From: a virus
Taxonomy: Duplodnaviria; Caudoviricetes
Length of the DNA: 54,528 bases
IMG/VR virus record: IMGVR_UViG_3300044699_000129
Span: 1 to 54,528 of that record
Strand: one strand, 5' to 3'
Part shown: positions 34,348 to 44,883 of the stretch, one piece after another
Layout: each line of letters opens with the position of its first letter
Numbering within the stretch: position 1 is the stretch's first letter
Translations under genes and position numbers: made by a program
Notes under the pieces: generated by a model
Told to the model about the DNA's origin: nothing
What the model saw: only the letters and a program-made list of their open reading frames with translations
Databases searched by the model: none

Positions 34348-34484
34348 CGCCCTAGGCTGCGCTGTCCGATGCCAGCGCGGCCGGCGGCCCGGCACAGTTA
34401 TGTCCTTTCGGTGCCGGGCCGCTTCCATCCCCAATGAAAGGACACCCTTCCTTCCCTGCTCGAATAACGAAAGGACACTGCGAA

Positions 34485-35669
34485 ATGGACTCCCGTCAAA
34501 TCGTCAAGCATGTGCAGGCCAACATCATGGCCGGCAATGCGATCAAGATCGAAAGCGACCCCGGCATGGGGAAATCCGCCATTACCGGGGGCAAGATCGC
34601 CCTCTGGTACCGCGACTGGGTCAAGGCCGGCAAGCCGGATGCCCGCGTCGGGCTCGCTATCACGTTCCTCGCGGTCGCCAATCCGATCTCGGCGACCGGG
34701 CTGCCGTGGAAGAGCGAGCGCACATGGACCCATCCGGCCACGGCTGAGCAGGCCACCTACACGGTGACCGACCCGGCCATCCCGCAGTGGGCCATGGCGC
34801 GCTGCCTCGACACCGGAGTGTTCATGCCGGCCTGCATGTTCGATGCGGTGCTGCTGATCATCGACGAGTGGGGACAAGGCTCCGCCGAGGCCAAGCGCGC
34901 CCATGCCGAACTCCTGCTGCATGGCGGCATCGGGCAACACCAGCTGCCGCCCGGTTCCGCCCGCATAGCCTTGGCCAACTTCGACTCGCGCGACGGCGTC
35001 ACCAAGGAGTTCGACTTCGTCAACAACCGGGTGATCATGCTGCGCATGAACGGCAGCCAGAAGATCTGGCACGAGGATTGGGCCGACCGGCCCTACATCT
35101 GGCAGGGGCGCGAGTGGCAGATGATGGGGGTGTCCAAGGTCTGGGCGCAGAACAACCCCGACGCGCTGTTCGAGAAGAAGCCCGAGAAGCAGGGCGCGTG
35201 GTGCACACCCCGCTCCTTCGCCGCAGAAGACCGCTACGTGCAGTCGATCATCCAGCTGGAGGGTGAGATACCCCTCGACGATCCGGCATTCGTGGAGGGC
35301 TGCGCCGGTCACTGCGGCATGGCCCATGCGCAGAGCTACATCGGCACGCTCAAGTACAAGCTGGAGCTTCCCCCGCACGAGGACATCGTACGCGACCCGC
35401 TCAATACCCCGGTACCGACCAAGGCCGATCTGCAGATGCTGCTCGCCTACGAGCTGGGCGGCAACACCACGCCGGACGAGCTGGCCCCGGTGATCCAGTA
35501 TCTCGGCAAGCGCGACGGCAAGGGGCACGGCATGCCGCGCGACATGCAGGTCACCTTCATCACCACGCTGATCAAGCGCGGCGCCAAGCAGTTCCTCAAC
35601 CGTCCCGCCATGATGGAGTGGCTGGCCAAGAACGGCCACCTGATGGCGATCATCCACTCCATCACGTGA
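34485..35669 (+). CDS. MoxR-like AAA+ ATPase
   Basis: Walker A SDPGMGKS, Walker B LLIIDE, IALAN, NNRV, TPRS. Confidence 0.8.
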   Translation: MDSRQIVKHVQANIMAGNAIKIESDPGMGKSAITGGKIALWYRDWVKAGKPDARVGLAITFLAVANPISATGLPWKSERTWTHPATAEQATYTVTDPAIPQWAMARCLDTGVFMPACMFDAVLLIIDEWGQGSAEAKRAHAELLLHGGIGQHQLPPGSARIALANFDSRDGVTKEFDFVNNRVIMLRMNGSQKIWHEDWADRPYIWQGREWQMMGVSKVWAQNNPDALFEKKPEKQGAWCTPRSFAAEDRYVQSIIQLEGEIPLDDPAFVEGCAGHCGMAHAQSYIGTLKYKLELPPHEDIVRDPLNTPVPTKADLQMLLAYELGGNTTPDELAPVIQYLGKRDGKGHGMPRDMQVTFITTLIKRGAKQFLNRPAMMEWLAKNGHLMAIIHSIT

Positions 35670-35766
35670 GAGCAATCCCGTGGTTCGGCGCGGCGGGGGG
35701 AGACCCCGCCGCTGCCCACGTTACCGCGACGGCAACAAACCGAAACAATCAAAAGGACCAAACACA

Positions 35767-36063
35767 ATGCGCAGAAAACTCGTGATCGAGCTGCAGATCG
35801 ACGCGGACACCCACGACCACAACGAGGCGGTCGACGACCTGATGAGCATCCATGCGGTGCAGATCCTCGCTGCCGCGACACTGCTCAACGAGGACCAGAG
35901 GCCGCAGGTGGTCTGCTACGCCGACGATTTCTACAAGGGCCGCATCGAGATCGAATTCCTCGCCCGCAGGCTGCCTGTCGCTCTCGTGCAGACCGTTTCG
36001 CAGGACGAGGGCCTGTCCGACGATCTGGTGGCGGCGCTGCAGGACATGCGGAAAGGAGACTGA
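35767..36063 (+). CDS. Hypothetical protein
   Basis: MRRKLVIELQID... with AAAGGA RBS. Confidence 0.65.
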   Translation: MRRKLVIELQIDADTHDHNEAVDDLMSIHAVQILAAATLLNEDQRPQVVCYADDFYKGRIEIEFLARRLPVALVQTVSQDEGLSDDLVAALQDMRKGD

Positions 36064-36066
36064 CAC

Positions 36067-37389
36067 ATGCAAGAAGTTCAGATCACCCCGGCGCAGCTGC
36101 GCAAGTGGGAAGATGCCGTGTCGATGATGACCTTCACGGCGCCGGGCTTCCTGCACCTGCTGTACAAGCTGCTCAACGCGCAGAACAATACCAGCGGCAC
36201 CTACGTCTGCATTTTCTCCGAAGACGTGCCGACGGCTGCCACCGACAGCATCAACATCATCGTCAACCCCAAATTCTATCTCGACACGCTGAGCTTGGCG
36301 GAGCGCGTCTTCGTGCTGGGCCACGAGATCCTGCACAACGTGTTCAACGACGTCGCGCTGCTGCACCGCTGCCGGATACAGAACCATGTGCTGATGCCAG
36401 AGGGTGACAAGCTGGCGTTCGATAGCGACGTCATGCAGATCGCCATGGATGCACGCATCAACGCGCTGCTGATCGAGAGCAAGATCGGCAAGCCGCCCGA
36501 GGCCGGCGTGTACGACAAGAAGGTCAAGGGCACCGACAGCGTCTATCCGATCTATCGGCGTTATCTCCAAGAGAAGCAGCAGGGCAAGAAGCCCGGCAAC
36601 CAGCCCGGCAACCAGCCCGGCGGACAAGGCGACCAGCCGCGTCCCAATCAGGGCACGGGCGAAGGTCAGGTGTTCGACGACCTGCTCAAGCCCGGGCAGG
36701 CGACCGGCCAGAAGCCGCAGGACGCGGTCAACCAGCGCAGCGAGCAGCGCTGGGCGGTCGAGCTTGAGGTGGCGCGCCAGATGGAGATGACGCGCACGCA
36801 AGGACGGATGGCCGGTTCGCTGGCGATCATGTTCCGTAACCTGCTGGAGCCGGAAGTGCACTGGCTCGACCATATCGAAACCATGGTCAAGCGGGTCACC
36901 GGCGACGGCTCGGTCGACTGGTACCAGCCCAATCCGTGGCTCGGGCACAACGAATACTTCGTGCCGGCCGATACCGGGCTGGGTTCGGGGTGGATCGTGG
37001 TGTGGGGGGACACCTCGGGCTCGGTGAACAACGACCGGGTGCAGGCGCGGTACATTTCCGAGATGGCCGGATTGATGGAGCAGGCCAATCCAAGGCGGCT
37101 GACCATCGTGTGGGCGGACGCCAAGGTGCAGAACGTCGAGGAGATCACCGACCCGGCCGAGATGCGCAACGTCAAGCCGAAGGGCGGCGGCGGCACGGAC
37201 TATTCGCCGGTGCTCAAGTGGATACGCGACAATGGCAACGGCGAGCTGCCCGATTTGCTGATCGCCTTTACAGATGGGGAAGTGTCCCATGGCAAGGAGA
37301 CTCCCTACCCGGTGATCTGGGCGTGCAACACCGACAAGGCGTTCCCGTGGGGACAGGTGGTCAGGATCAAACAGAAGGAGGTTGCATGA
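36067..37389 (+). CDS. Metallopeptidase-vWA fusion (DUF2201-like)
   Basis: PTAATD, HEILH (HExxH), low-complexity linker, MIDAS DTSGS, GGGGTDY, FTDG. Confidence 0.85.
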   Translation: MQEVQITPAQLRKWEDAVSMMTFTAPGFLHLLYKLLNAQNNTSGTYVCIFSEDVPTAATDSINIIVNPKFYLDTLSLAERVFVLGHEILHNVFNDVALLHRCRIQNHVLMPEGDKLAFDSDVMQIAMDARINALLIESKIGKPPEAGVYDKKVKGTDSVYPIYRRYLQEKQQGKKPGNQPGNQPGGQGDQPRPNQGTGEGQVFDDLLKPGQATGQKPQDAVNQRSEQRWAVELEVARQMEMTRTQGRMAGSLAIMFRNLLEPEVHWLDHIETMVKRVTGDGSVDWYQPNPWLGHNEYFVPADTGLGSGWIVVWGDTSGSVNNDRVQARYISEMAGLMEQANPRRLTIVWADAKVQNVEEITDPAEMRNVKPKGGGGTDYSPVLKWIRDNGNGELPDLLIAFTDGEVSHGKETPYPVIWACNTDKAFPWGQVVRIKQKEVA

Positions 37390-37537
37390 AGAAGAGCGTA
37401 CTCAAATGGCTGGCTGGCGACAATAAGCCGGATGCACTGGGCTGGACTCGGTTCGATCCGGCCCGCGTGCAGGAGATGGATGCGGCATTCGAGATCGCGC
37501 GCAAGCTGGAAGAGCAACAACGAAAGGAGAAAAAAGC

Positions 37538-37822
37538 ATGAGTGGATACGCAAACTATCGTTTCAAGGATAAGGACCCGGTGATCGACGAGTTGCGCACC
37601 ATCATTCAGGACGCCGCCGAACTCAAGGGCGTGTCGTTCTGGAATATGTGCGAGGGCATTGCCTACCAGATCGGCATGTCGCCCGGCACGCTGTGGAACT
37701 GGTTCTCCGGTCCCACCTGCTACCCGCGCCATGCCGGCGTGAAGGCTGTGGCCCGTGCCTTGGGCCGCGAGCTTGCGCTGATCGGCGGCAACGTCACTGC
37801 GATCAAGCGGAGGGCGGCATGA
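37538..37822 (+). CDS. XRE/Cro-like helix-turn-helix protein
   Basis: IAYQIGMSPGTLWNWFSGPTCYPR...VARALG. Confidence 0.7.
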   Translation: MSGYANYRFKDKDPVIDELRTIIQDAAELKGVSFWNMCEGIAYQIGMSPGTLWNWFSGPTCYPRHAGVKAVARALGRELALIGGNVTAIKRRAA

Positions 37823-40800
37823 GCATCGACAGAGAGGTACTCAGGCTATTCGAAAGCCGCGCAGAGTCCGGCGACGGTTTGTTCGCCATCGCGGTAGCAC
37901 TGCATGAGCTGGTGCACGCTGCAGAGGACATGACCCGTGCAGTGAACGAGCTGGGTTTTGGCAATGTTGGCACCGGCAAAGGCGCCATCGAGGGCGGCTT
38001 CATGATGCTTTCCGATGCCATCAGTGACGCATCCAGCCGTATTGCTGATGCCATCGAGGAATTTGATATCGGCGATCTGACCGTAATCACCAAGGAAGAC
38101 TGAATTACCGTCACGGCAACAAACCACGAAAGGAACACTGCGATGGGAAGAAATAGACGCGGACGGAGCCCCAGCACCACTCTCTATGATGATGCGATCT
38201 ATCGGATCAATGCGCTGGAGGCCAACGTGGTGCGGGCGATGTGCCCCGTGGAGGACCTCAAGCCGGAAGATTTTCTGGAGTGGCTGCTGCCACCCGATGT
38301 CTTGGCGAAGCTGCGCGCGGCTTGGCCCCATGTGCAGAACAAGACCGGCAGCGACACCAGCAACATCACGCGCGATCTGGATTTTGCCTGCGGCAAGGTG
38401 TGCTTCTCGATTGACTACGGCGCGCTGAAGTGCCTCGTGCCGGATGACAAGCTGGTGGTCCCGCACTATGTCAATACGCGCATGGTCGAGTACGTCGAGA
38501 GCATCGGCGAGATCGCCAAGCAGTACGAGAAGCTGCGCCAGATCGTCTGGCACTTCAGCCGCAACACCATCACGCCGGGCGCGGCCAAGCACTACTGGCC
38601 GACCCTGCAGCCGCTGCTGCCCGAGGACCATCCGTTCCACAAGGTGACGGGCGACCGGTACCGCGCCCATGCGCTGCCCTACACCATTGCCGAGAACCTG
38701 CGCGAGGCCCCGGAGATCGTTGCCAAGGGGCTGCTGTGCGGCGGCATAGTTATGCCACGCAGCGCCAATTCGCCGGTGAATATACAGGTCGGCCTTGGCC
38801 AGTTCCACAGCCTGTTTCCGGATACCGTGAAATGAAGGACACTCCCCGCTACTGGAAACCCCTCGTGCGGCTCAGGCCGCACGAGATGCACCATCGCCGC
38901 GAGGTGCTGGAGGAGACTGCCAACCACTACGGCATCAGCATCGAGGCGGCGCAGGCCATACTCGATGCCGAGGCCGGCAAGTGCGAGTACTACGTCAATG
39001 ACCTGTATCAGGTGGAGGTTGGGGCCTGTGGCCCCGGCAACTCCATCACGCATATCTGCATCCGGCGGCGCGACGGCGCCGCCACGCTGCGTGACTGGCG
39101 CCACTTCCAGCAGATCAAGAACGAGCTTTGCGGTCCCGAGCGGGAGGGCTTCGAGCTTTATCCCGCCGAGAGCCGCAAGGTGGACACCAGCAACAAGTTC
39201 CACATCTTCGTGCTGCCTGAGGGCGTGCGCATGGAGGGCATCGGCTGGACCACGCGCGACGTGCAGTACGAGGAGCGTAAAGACGTGCCCGGGCTGCGGC
39301 AGAGGAGCCTGTGATGCGTGCCATGGTGCTTCTCGCAATGCTGCCGCCCGCGATCTTCGCCACCAACATTGGTGTGCACTATCCACCCAAGCCGGCACCT
39401 GCCGAATACGTCAACGAGTATGTTGCCGTGGCGGTAACCACCGAGGGCGTGCGCCGCGTGCCGATGGACACGCGCACGTTCAACGCACGCTGGACGTCGG
39501 TGAACGCCATGCCGCCGATGGTGCTGGCTGCCAGCGAGCCGATGGCGGCTCCCATGCCGCAGGCTAGGCCGCAACTGCGGAAGCGCAAGCCGCACCCGCG
39601 CAATATCACGCGCAAGCCACACGACATCTGCACCCGGCATAGGCTGCGCAAAGTGTGGGTCAGTGCCAAACGATGGAGATGCAGATGACCGAGCACGTTT
39701 ACGTCGTCTCACAGAACGACTTTGTGGCGGCTGTGTTTCGCAGACGTGCGCAGGCGGCAGCTTTCGTTGCACGACAGGCAGCGCACACCGAAAGTGGACG
39801 CCCCATCTACTGGACGATTGAAAAATTCGAGTTGCAGGAGGCACGATGATGACCAGCACACAGAAGATCATTCGCGAGCTTAGGCGGGAGTATCCCGGCA
39901 GCGAGATTGGCTTCACCGGCAAGGGGCACATCAAGCTCAAGCTGCCGGATGGCCGGATGTTCACCATGGCGGCCACGCCGTCGGACGGGAATTTCTTAAA
40001 ACAGATAAAGCGCGGTATCAGAAAGTACGGCAGGCAGAAATGAGGGAACAAACATGAAGCCGACCAGTAAGGCACTGCTCACATGCGCACAGTGGCTCTC
40101 GTACTGCCTGTCCATCGGGTGGTTGAAAGACGACATCCCGCGTCTGGAAGAAATCTGGTGGCAGTGGCACGACGACTACGGCCGCTTACTGCGCGATCCG
40201 CGCTGAAGGGAACACCATGACCGACCAGAGCGTCCAAGGCTTCTGGAGTGTATCCGGCCCTTATCTGGCGATGCCGCGTTCAAGGCGGTGGCGCGCAGAG
40301 TTCATCCCCCATGGGCACACTCCTTTCGAGGCTGGGCTTGCGTGGGCCGCGACGGAAAAGGCTGCGCGCCAAAAGGCACTTCGTCGCGCACGCCTCAAGA
40401 ACACGACGCGCACATTGCGATAGCCGCACTAACATCACAACAGAACGGAGACGGAAATGGCACAATGGATAGTCCACGGCAGGTTCGTATTCGATGGTCA
40501 TGCTCTTGTCGAAGCCGAGACGGAGCAGGAGGCAATCGCCAAGTTCAATAGCGGCGACTTTGAGTTCGACGCACCTACCGCGTCCTGTTGCGACTGGGAG
40601 AAACGCGGCAAGATCGAGGGGCCACATTAACGATGAGGGACAGCCACGATGACAGAACGCGACCAAGTGTTCGATGTATGCTGGTGGGATAAGGAGGGGG
40701 GTCTCCACCGCGAGAAGACCGGTGTCAGTGCCAAGACGGCTGTGGAGACTGCCCACTCGCTGACTAGACGCCCGGCGGTGCAGCTGGGTATCATCCAGAC

Positions 40801-41805
40801 CGTGATGATCATCGACCGGGGCGACAGCTGCGTCTTCAAGTGGCAGTACGGGCAAGGCGTGGTGTGGCCGCCGGCTAAGGAGGACGCCAATGTCCAGTAA
40901 GGCACCCACAATCCCCATGAGCAACAGATTATACAACGCCGTGCCCTGCCCATGTGGCCACGAGGACTGCCGGGACTGGGTCATCGATGAACCAGAACTG
41001 TATCTCAGCAAGCAACAGGCTCAAGCCGTGGCCAATCTCCTCAATGGAATTGAGCACGCCTATGAACGGCACATGCAACTCGCGGCTAAGTATCGCAAAA
41101 GCATCCAGCGGAAGGTGACAAGATGACAACTTACAATCAACGAGGAGAAATCATGGTTGATGCCTCTGTCACCAACGGCAAGAGCACCATCGCCGACAAG
41201 ATCCACCAAGCCGTGTCCTCGTTGCTCGATACCGAGCAGCGACTGAACGGCGAGGTGAACGAGGCACGCGAGATCGCGCGTGAACAGAAACGCGAGATCG
41301 AACAGCTGCGTGCTCAACTCGATAGCGAGCAGCATGCCCGGAAGCAGCTGGAGGCGATCCTCAACGAGGTCGCCAAGCTGGTGCAAACATGAGTGACACC
41401 ATTACCATTCCGAAGAGCGACTACGACGAGATCATCGCCGTGCTCAACACCATGCGTATCGTGCTGAAGAACCGTGATCAGCATCCGGAGGAAATGCTGT
41501 TGCTGGCGTCGATCAACTATGTGGTAGCCCGCGCCCGCGAGGAACGAAGTATCAACCGATTGGATGCTACGCAGGGGGGAACCCCTGATGGAGCGCTACC
41601 CATGCCCGGCATGACAACGGAAGAGCGGATCGAGGTGGTTGTGATGCGCGTGCGCAACCGGTTCCGCGACTATGAGCGCGACAACGCCAACCCGTCCAAT
41701 GCGGACATGATGCGCACGATCCTGATGCTGCTCGACCTGTTCGTGGACGAGTTGAAGGTCGTGGCATCGGCTGCGGTGGCAGCGGAGCGAAGGCACCCGA
41801 CATGA
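37819..41805 (+). CDS. Cluster of small/medium hypothetical genes (37819-38103, 38143-38835, 38832-39314, 39311-39688, 39685-39849, 39846-40043, 40054-40206, 40217-40423, 40457-40630, 40649-40900, 40890-41126, 41123-41392, 41389-41805)
   Basis: Overlapping start/stop chains with RBSs. 38832-39314 has HICIRRRD...WRHFQQIKNE...YPAES...N.FH; 39846-40043 is HicA-like; 41123-41392 is coiled coil. Confidence 0.7.
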
Positions 41806-43691
41806 CTATCCTTTTCATCGACGCCGAGACTTTCTATGACCAAGAGTACAGTCTCAACCACCTCGACCCTCCTTCCTATATCTTGGATGCACGGTTCGAA
41901 CTCATTGGATGCGCTGTGCGTACTGAGGGCGAGGAGCGCAGCCGGTTCATCGATGGCCCGGAGTTTGCGGCGTATCTTGGGGGACTGGACCCCGCCACAA
42001 CCACCACCGTCGCCTTCAACGCGATGTTTGATAATTGCATTCTTGCGTACCGGTATAACTTCGTCCCAGCCCGCATTATGTGCACGATGCGGATGGCTGT
42101 GGCCCTGCGCGGCCACGAGCTGCAGGGTCATTCCTTGGCCGCAGTCGGAGAGCGCCTTGGAGTGGGTGTCAAGGGAAATGAGATAGTCCTCGCCAAGGGC
42201 AAGCGCCGCGCCGACATGATGGCGGACCCGTATTTCTGGCGCGCCTACCGCGAGTATGCCTGCAACGACAACGACATGAACTACCGGATCTTCCGCCTGC
42301 TGGCGGAGGAGCTGCCGGTCAGCGAGTGGAAGGTCATGGACCGGGTGATGCGCTGCGCCATGGAGCCGAAGTTCATGGTCGACAAGGAGATGCTCGCCGC
42401 GCACCTCAAGGAGCTGGACGAGATACAGGTCGCCATGCTGGCCAAGGCCGGCACCGACGCGAAGAGCCTGCGCAGCACCAAGAAGTTCGAGAAGCTGCTT
42501 ACCGAGCGCGGCGTGGAGATCGAGTACAAGCCGAGCTACACCGACCCGACCCGGCAGATCCCGGCCTTCGCCAAGACCGACAGCTTCATGGCGGTGTTGT
42601 CCGAGCACCCCGATCCCGAGGTGCAGGCGCTGGCGGCGGCCCGGCTGGGCGTGCGCTCGACCATCGAGCAGACGCGCGGCAAGCGCATGCTCGACATCGC
42701 CAACCTCGCGTGGCCGGGTTACCGCGACGGCAACATGCCGGTGCCGCTGAAATACGCCGCCGCGCACACCCACCGTCTCGGCGGCGACTGGAAGCTGAAC
42801 ATGCAGAACCTCCCCGCCGGGCGCGGGGGGATGACCTCCAAGCTGCGCCGTGCGCTGTGCGCGCCGCCCGGGCACAAGGTGGTGGTCGCGGACAAATCGC
42901 AGATCGAGTGCCGCATCGCTGCATACATCTGCGGGCAGGAGAGCCTGCTGCAGATCTTTCGCGCGCGGCAGGACCCCTATGCCGAGTTGGCAGGAAGAAT
43001 TTTCCGGCGCGCGATCAACAAGAAGGTGGACGTGATCGAGCGGTTCATTGGCAAATCCGGGGTGCTCGGGCTGGGCTACGGCTGCGGCCACGACCGGTTC
43101 TACGCCATGGTGATCGCACAGGCGCGCACGCTCGGCATCGACATGGCCAAGCTGTACGAGATCTGGACCCCGGAACTGGCCTTGCTCACGGTCCGGACCT
43201 ACCGCGAGATGAACCAGAGCATCGTGCAGCGCTGGCGCTGGCTCGACGGCGTCATTGCCACGACGTGGTCGCATGGCACGCCGCAGCACATGCGGTTTGG
43301 CCCGGTGCTGATCAGCAAGGGCTGCATCGAGGGACCGAACGGGCTGCGCATGCAGTACGCCGACCCCCGGTTCGACCCGGAAACGCAGAACTGGCGCTAC
43401 ACCTACGACCGGCGCAGCTACACCATGTACGGTGCCAAGCTTTTGGAGAACATCGTGCAGTTTCTCGCCCGGATAAACCTGATGCACGACGCGCTGCGCA
43501 TCTCCGACCGGGGCTTTCCCTTCGTTTTGCAGGCCCACGACGAGCTTGTCTGGGTGGTCCCGGACGATCAGGTCGAGCAGTGCATGAACGTGGCACTGGA
43601 AGAAATGCGTAGACCCCCCTCATGGGCGTCGGGCATACCGCTTGATGCCGAGTCCAGCTTTGGGCAGAATTATGGGGGGGCCAAGGCATGA
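41802..43691 (+). CDS. polA: Family A DNA polymerase with 3'-5' exonuclease domain
   Basis: Exo DAET, FNAMFD, YACND; HTHRLGG, NMQNLP; motif A DKSQIECR; motif B RFIGKSGVLGLGYG; motif C QAHDELV. Confidence 0.95.
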   Translation: MTILFIDAETFYDQEYSLNHLDPPSYILDARFELIGCAVRTEGEERSRFIDGPEFAAYLGGLDPATTTTVAFNAMFDNCILAYRYNFVPARIMCTMRMAVALRGHELQGHSLAAVGERLGVGVKGNEIVLAKGKRRADMMADPYFWRAYREYACNDNDMNYRIFRLLAEELPVSEWKVMDRVMRCAMEPKFMVDKEMLAAHLKELDEIQVAMLAKAGTDAKSLRSTKKFEKLLTERGVEIEYKPSYTDPTRQIPAFAKTDSFMAVLSEHPDPEVQALAAARLGVRSTIEQTRGKRMLDIANLAWPGYRDGNMPVPLKYAAAHTHRLGGDWKLNMQNLPAGRGGMTSKLRRALCAPPGHKVVVADKSQIECRIAAYICGQESLLQIFRARQDPYAELAGRIFRRAINKKVDVIERFIGKSGVLGLGYGCGHDRFYAMVIAQARTLGIDMAKLYEIWTPELALLTVRTYREMNQSIVQRWRWLDGVIATTWSHGTPQHMRFGPVLISKGCIEGPNGLRMQYADPRFDPETQNWRYTYDRRSYTMYGAKLLENIVQFLARINLMHDALRISDRGFPFVLQAHDELVWVVPDDQVEQCMNVALEEMRRPPSWASGIPLDAESSFGQNYGGAKA

Positions 43692-44443
43692 GCAAGGACA
43701 ATACCGTGACGGTAACAGACAATACCAATGACATCGCGCCCGTGCGCGCGGTGAAGAACGGCGCGGCGCCAAAACCGTTCCAGTGGTCCTACTCGCGCTA
43801 CAAGGCGTACGACAGCTGCCCGCGCAAGCACTACGAATGCGACCTCGCCAAGAACTTCGTCGACCAGAGTGACCAGATGCGCTGGGGCGACGAGGTGCAC
43901 AAGGCGCTGGAGGCCGCCACGCTGGGCGACGCGCCGCTGCCCGACAGCATGCGCGATTACCAGTATCTGGTGGACGAGATACGCTCGGGCGAGGGCAGTC
44001 TCTACATCGAGCAGAAGTTCGCGCTCACCCGTGACTTCCGGCCGGTGGAGTTCTTCCACCCCGACGTCTGGTTCCGGGGTATCTGCGATGTGCTGCGCAT
44101 TGGTGCGTCCGGGCACGTGGCGCTGGCACGCGACTACAAGACCGGCAAGATACAGCACGACTCGCGGCAACTGATGCTGATGGCGACCTGCATCTTCATG
44201 CACCATCCCAAGGTCAAGCGGATCAGGACCGAGTTCATCTGGCTGAAGGAGAAGTGTGTGACCACGGAGACCTTTCAGCGCGGCTCGATCTTCAATGAGT
44301 GGCCTCCCCTCATGCCCCTTGTAAAACAGATGGAGCGTGCCCATAAGACACAGGACTACCCGCCCAAGCCGTGTGGACTGTGCGCACGCTACTGCCCAGT
44401 CGTTTCCTGTGCTTACCACGGCAAGCGCTACCGGGCGGCATGA
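43688..44443 (+). CDS. PD-(D/E)XK (Cas4/RecB-like) exonuclease
   Basis: WSYS...CPR, G..VH, EQKF, RGICD, DYKTGK, QL, C-terminal CARYCPVVSC. Confidence 0.85.
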   Translation: MSKDNTVTVTDNTNDIAPVRAVKNGAAPKPFQWSYSRYKAYDSCPRKHYECDLAKNFVDQSDQMRWGDEVHKALEAATLGDAPLPDSMRDYQYLVDEIRSGEGSLYIEQKFALTRDFRPVEFFHPDVWFRGICDVLRIGASGHVALARDYKTGKIQHDSRQLMLMATCIFMHHPKVKRIRTEFIWLKEKCVTTETFQRGSIFNEWPPLMPLVKQMERAHKTQDYPPKPCGLCARYCPVVSCAYHGKRYRAA

Positions 44444-44446
44444 CAA

Positions 44447-44716
44447 ATGGAGCAATCAATGAAGACCCTGCGACCCTACATCTTCAAGTCGATGGCTGCG
44501 CTCGACGAGAAGCCTGAACTCAAGCGCGCCACGATCTACGTCACGCCGAAGGTGACCGTGAAAGTCACACGGCAGAAGCGCACGCGCGCCAATGCCAAGC
44601 AGCGGACCTATCTCGTCAGTGTGGGGAGTCCCAACTTTCTTGAGCGCAGATACCTCAAGGCCGGGAAGGTGGAGAAGTATCCGTTCTCCCACTTCGAGGC
44701 GTTCACGAATTCGTGA
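44447..44716 (+). CDS. Small basic hypothetical protein
   Basis: 89-aa ORF directly after the exonuclease. Confidence 0.6.
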   Translation: MEQSMKTLRPYIFKSMAALDEKPELKRATIYVTPKVTVKVTRQKRTRANAKQRTYLVSVGSPNFLERRYLKAGKVEKYPFSHFEAFTNS

Positions 44717-44737
44717 TTTGTGGGGACTCCCCACAAA
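44717..44737. promoter_or_regulatory. Perfect palindrome TTTGTGGGGA-C-TCCCCACAAA (operator copy)
   Basis: 20/21 identical to 33444-33464; intergenic. Confidence 0.6.
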
Positions 44738-44883
44738 GACTAGTGTGATCGGGCCGGCGCTTTAGGCGTAGCAGCTACGTCGGTCTGTTCGTTGCGTAAA
44801 GCGTTGGCGTGCCGGGTACAGACTTTGTACCCGGCGCGCTTGGCGCGTGTTGGAGCAGCCACCAAAAACGAAAGGATGGGGAC

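Larger units (their letters stand above)
31404..35692 (+). promoter_or_regulatory. Repeated intergenic leader GTGGTTCGGCGCG + hairpin + AAAGGAC RBS (4 copies)
   Basis: Identical 13-mers at 31404, 32189, 33549, 35680; all intergenic and on the same strand. Confidence 0.8.

Noticed and set aside
31404-35692. GGTTCG motifs as tRNA T-arms
   Set aside because: No cloverleaf, anticodon arm or CCA end; no tRNA gene could be supported in the window.
43688-44443. Cas4-like nuclease as part of a CRISPR-Cas system
   Set aside because: No array or other cas genes; standard phage replication-module exonuclease next to the polymerase.
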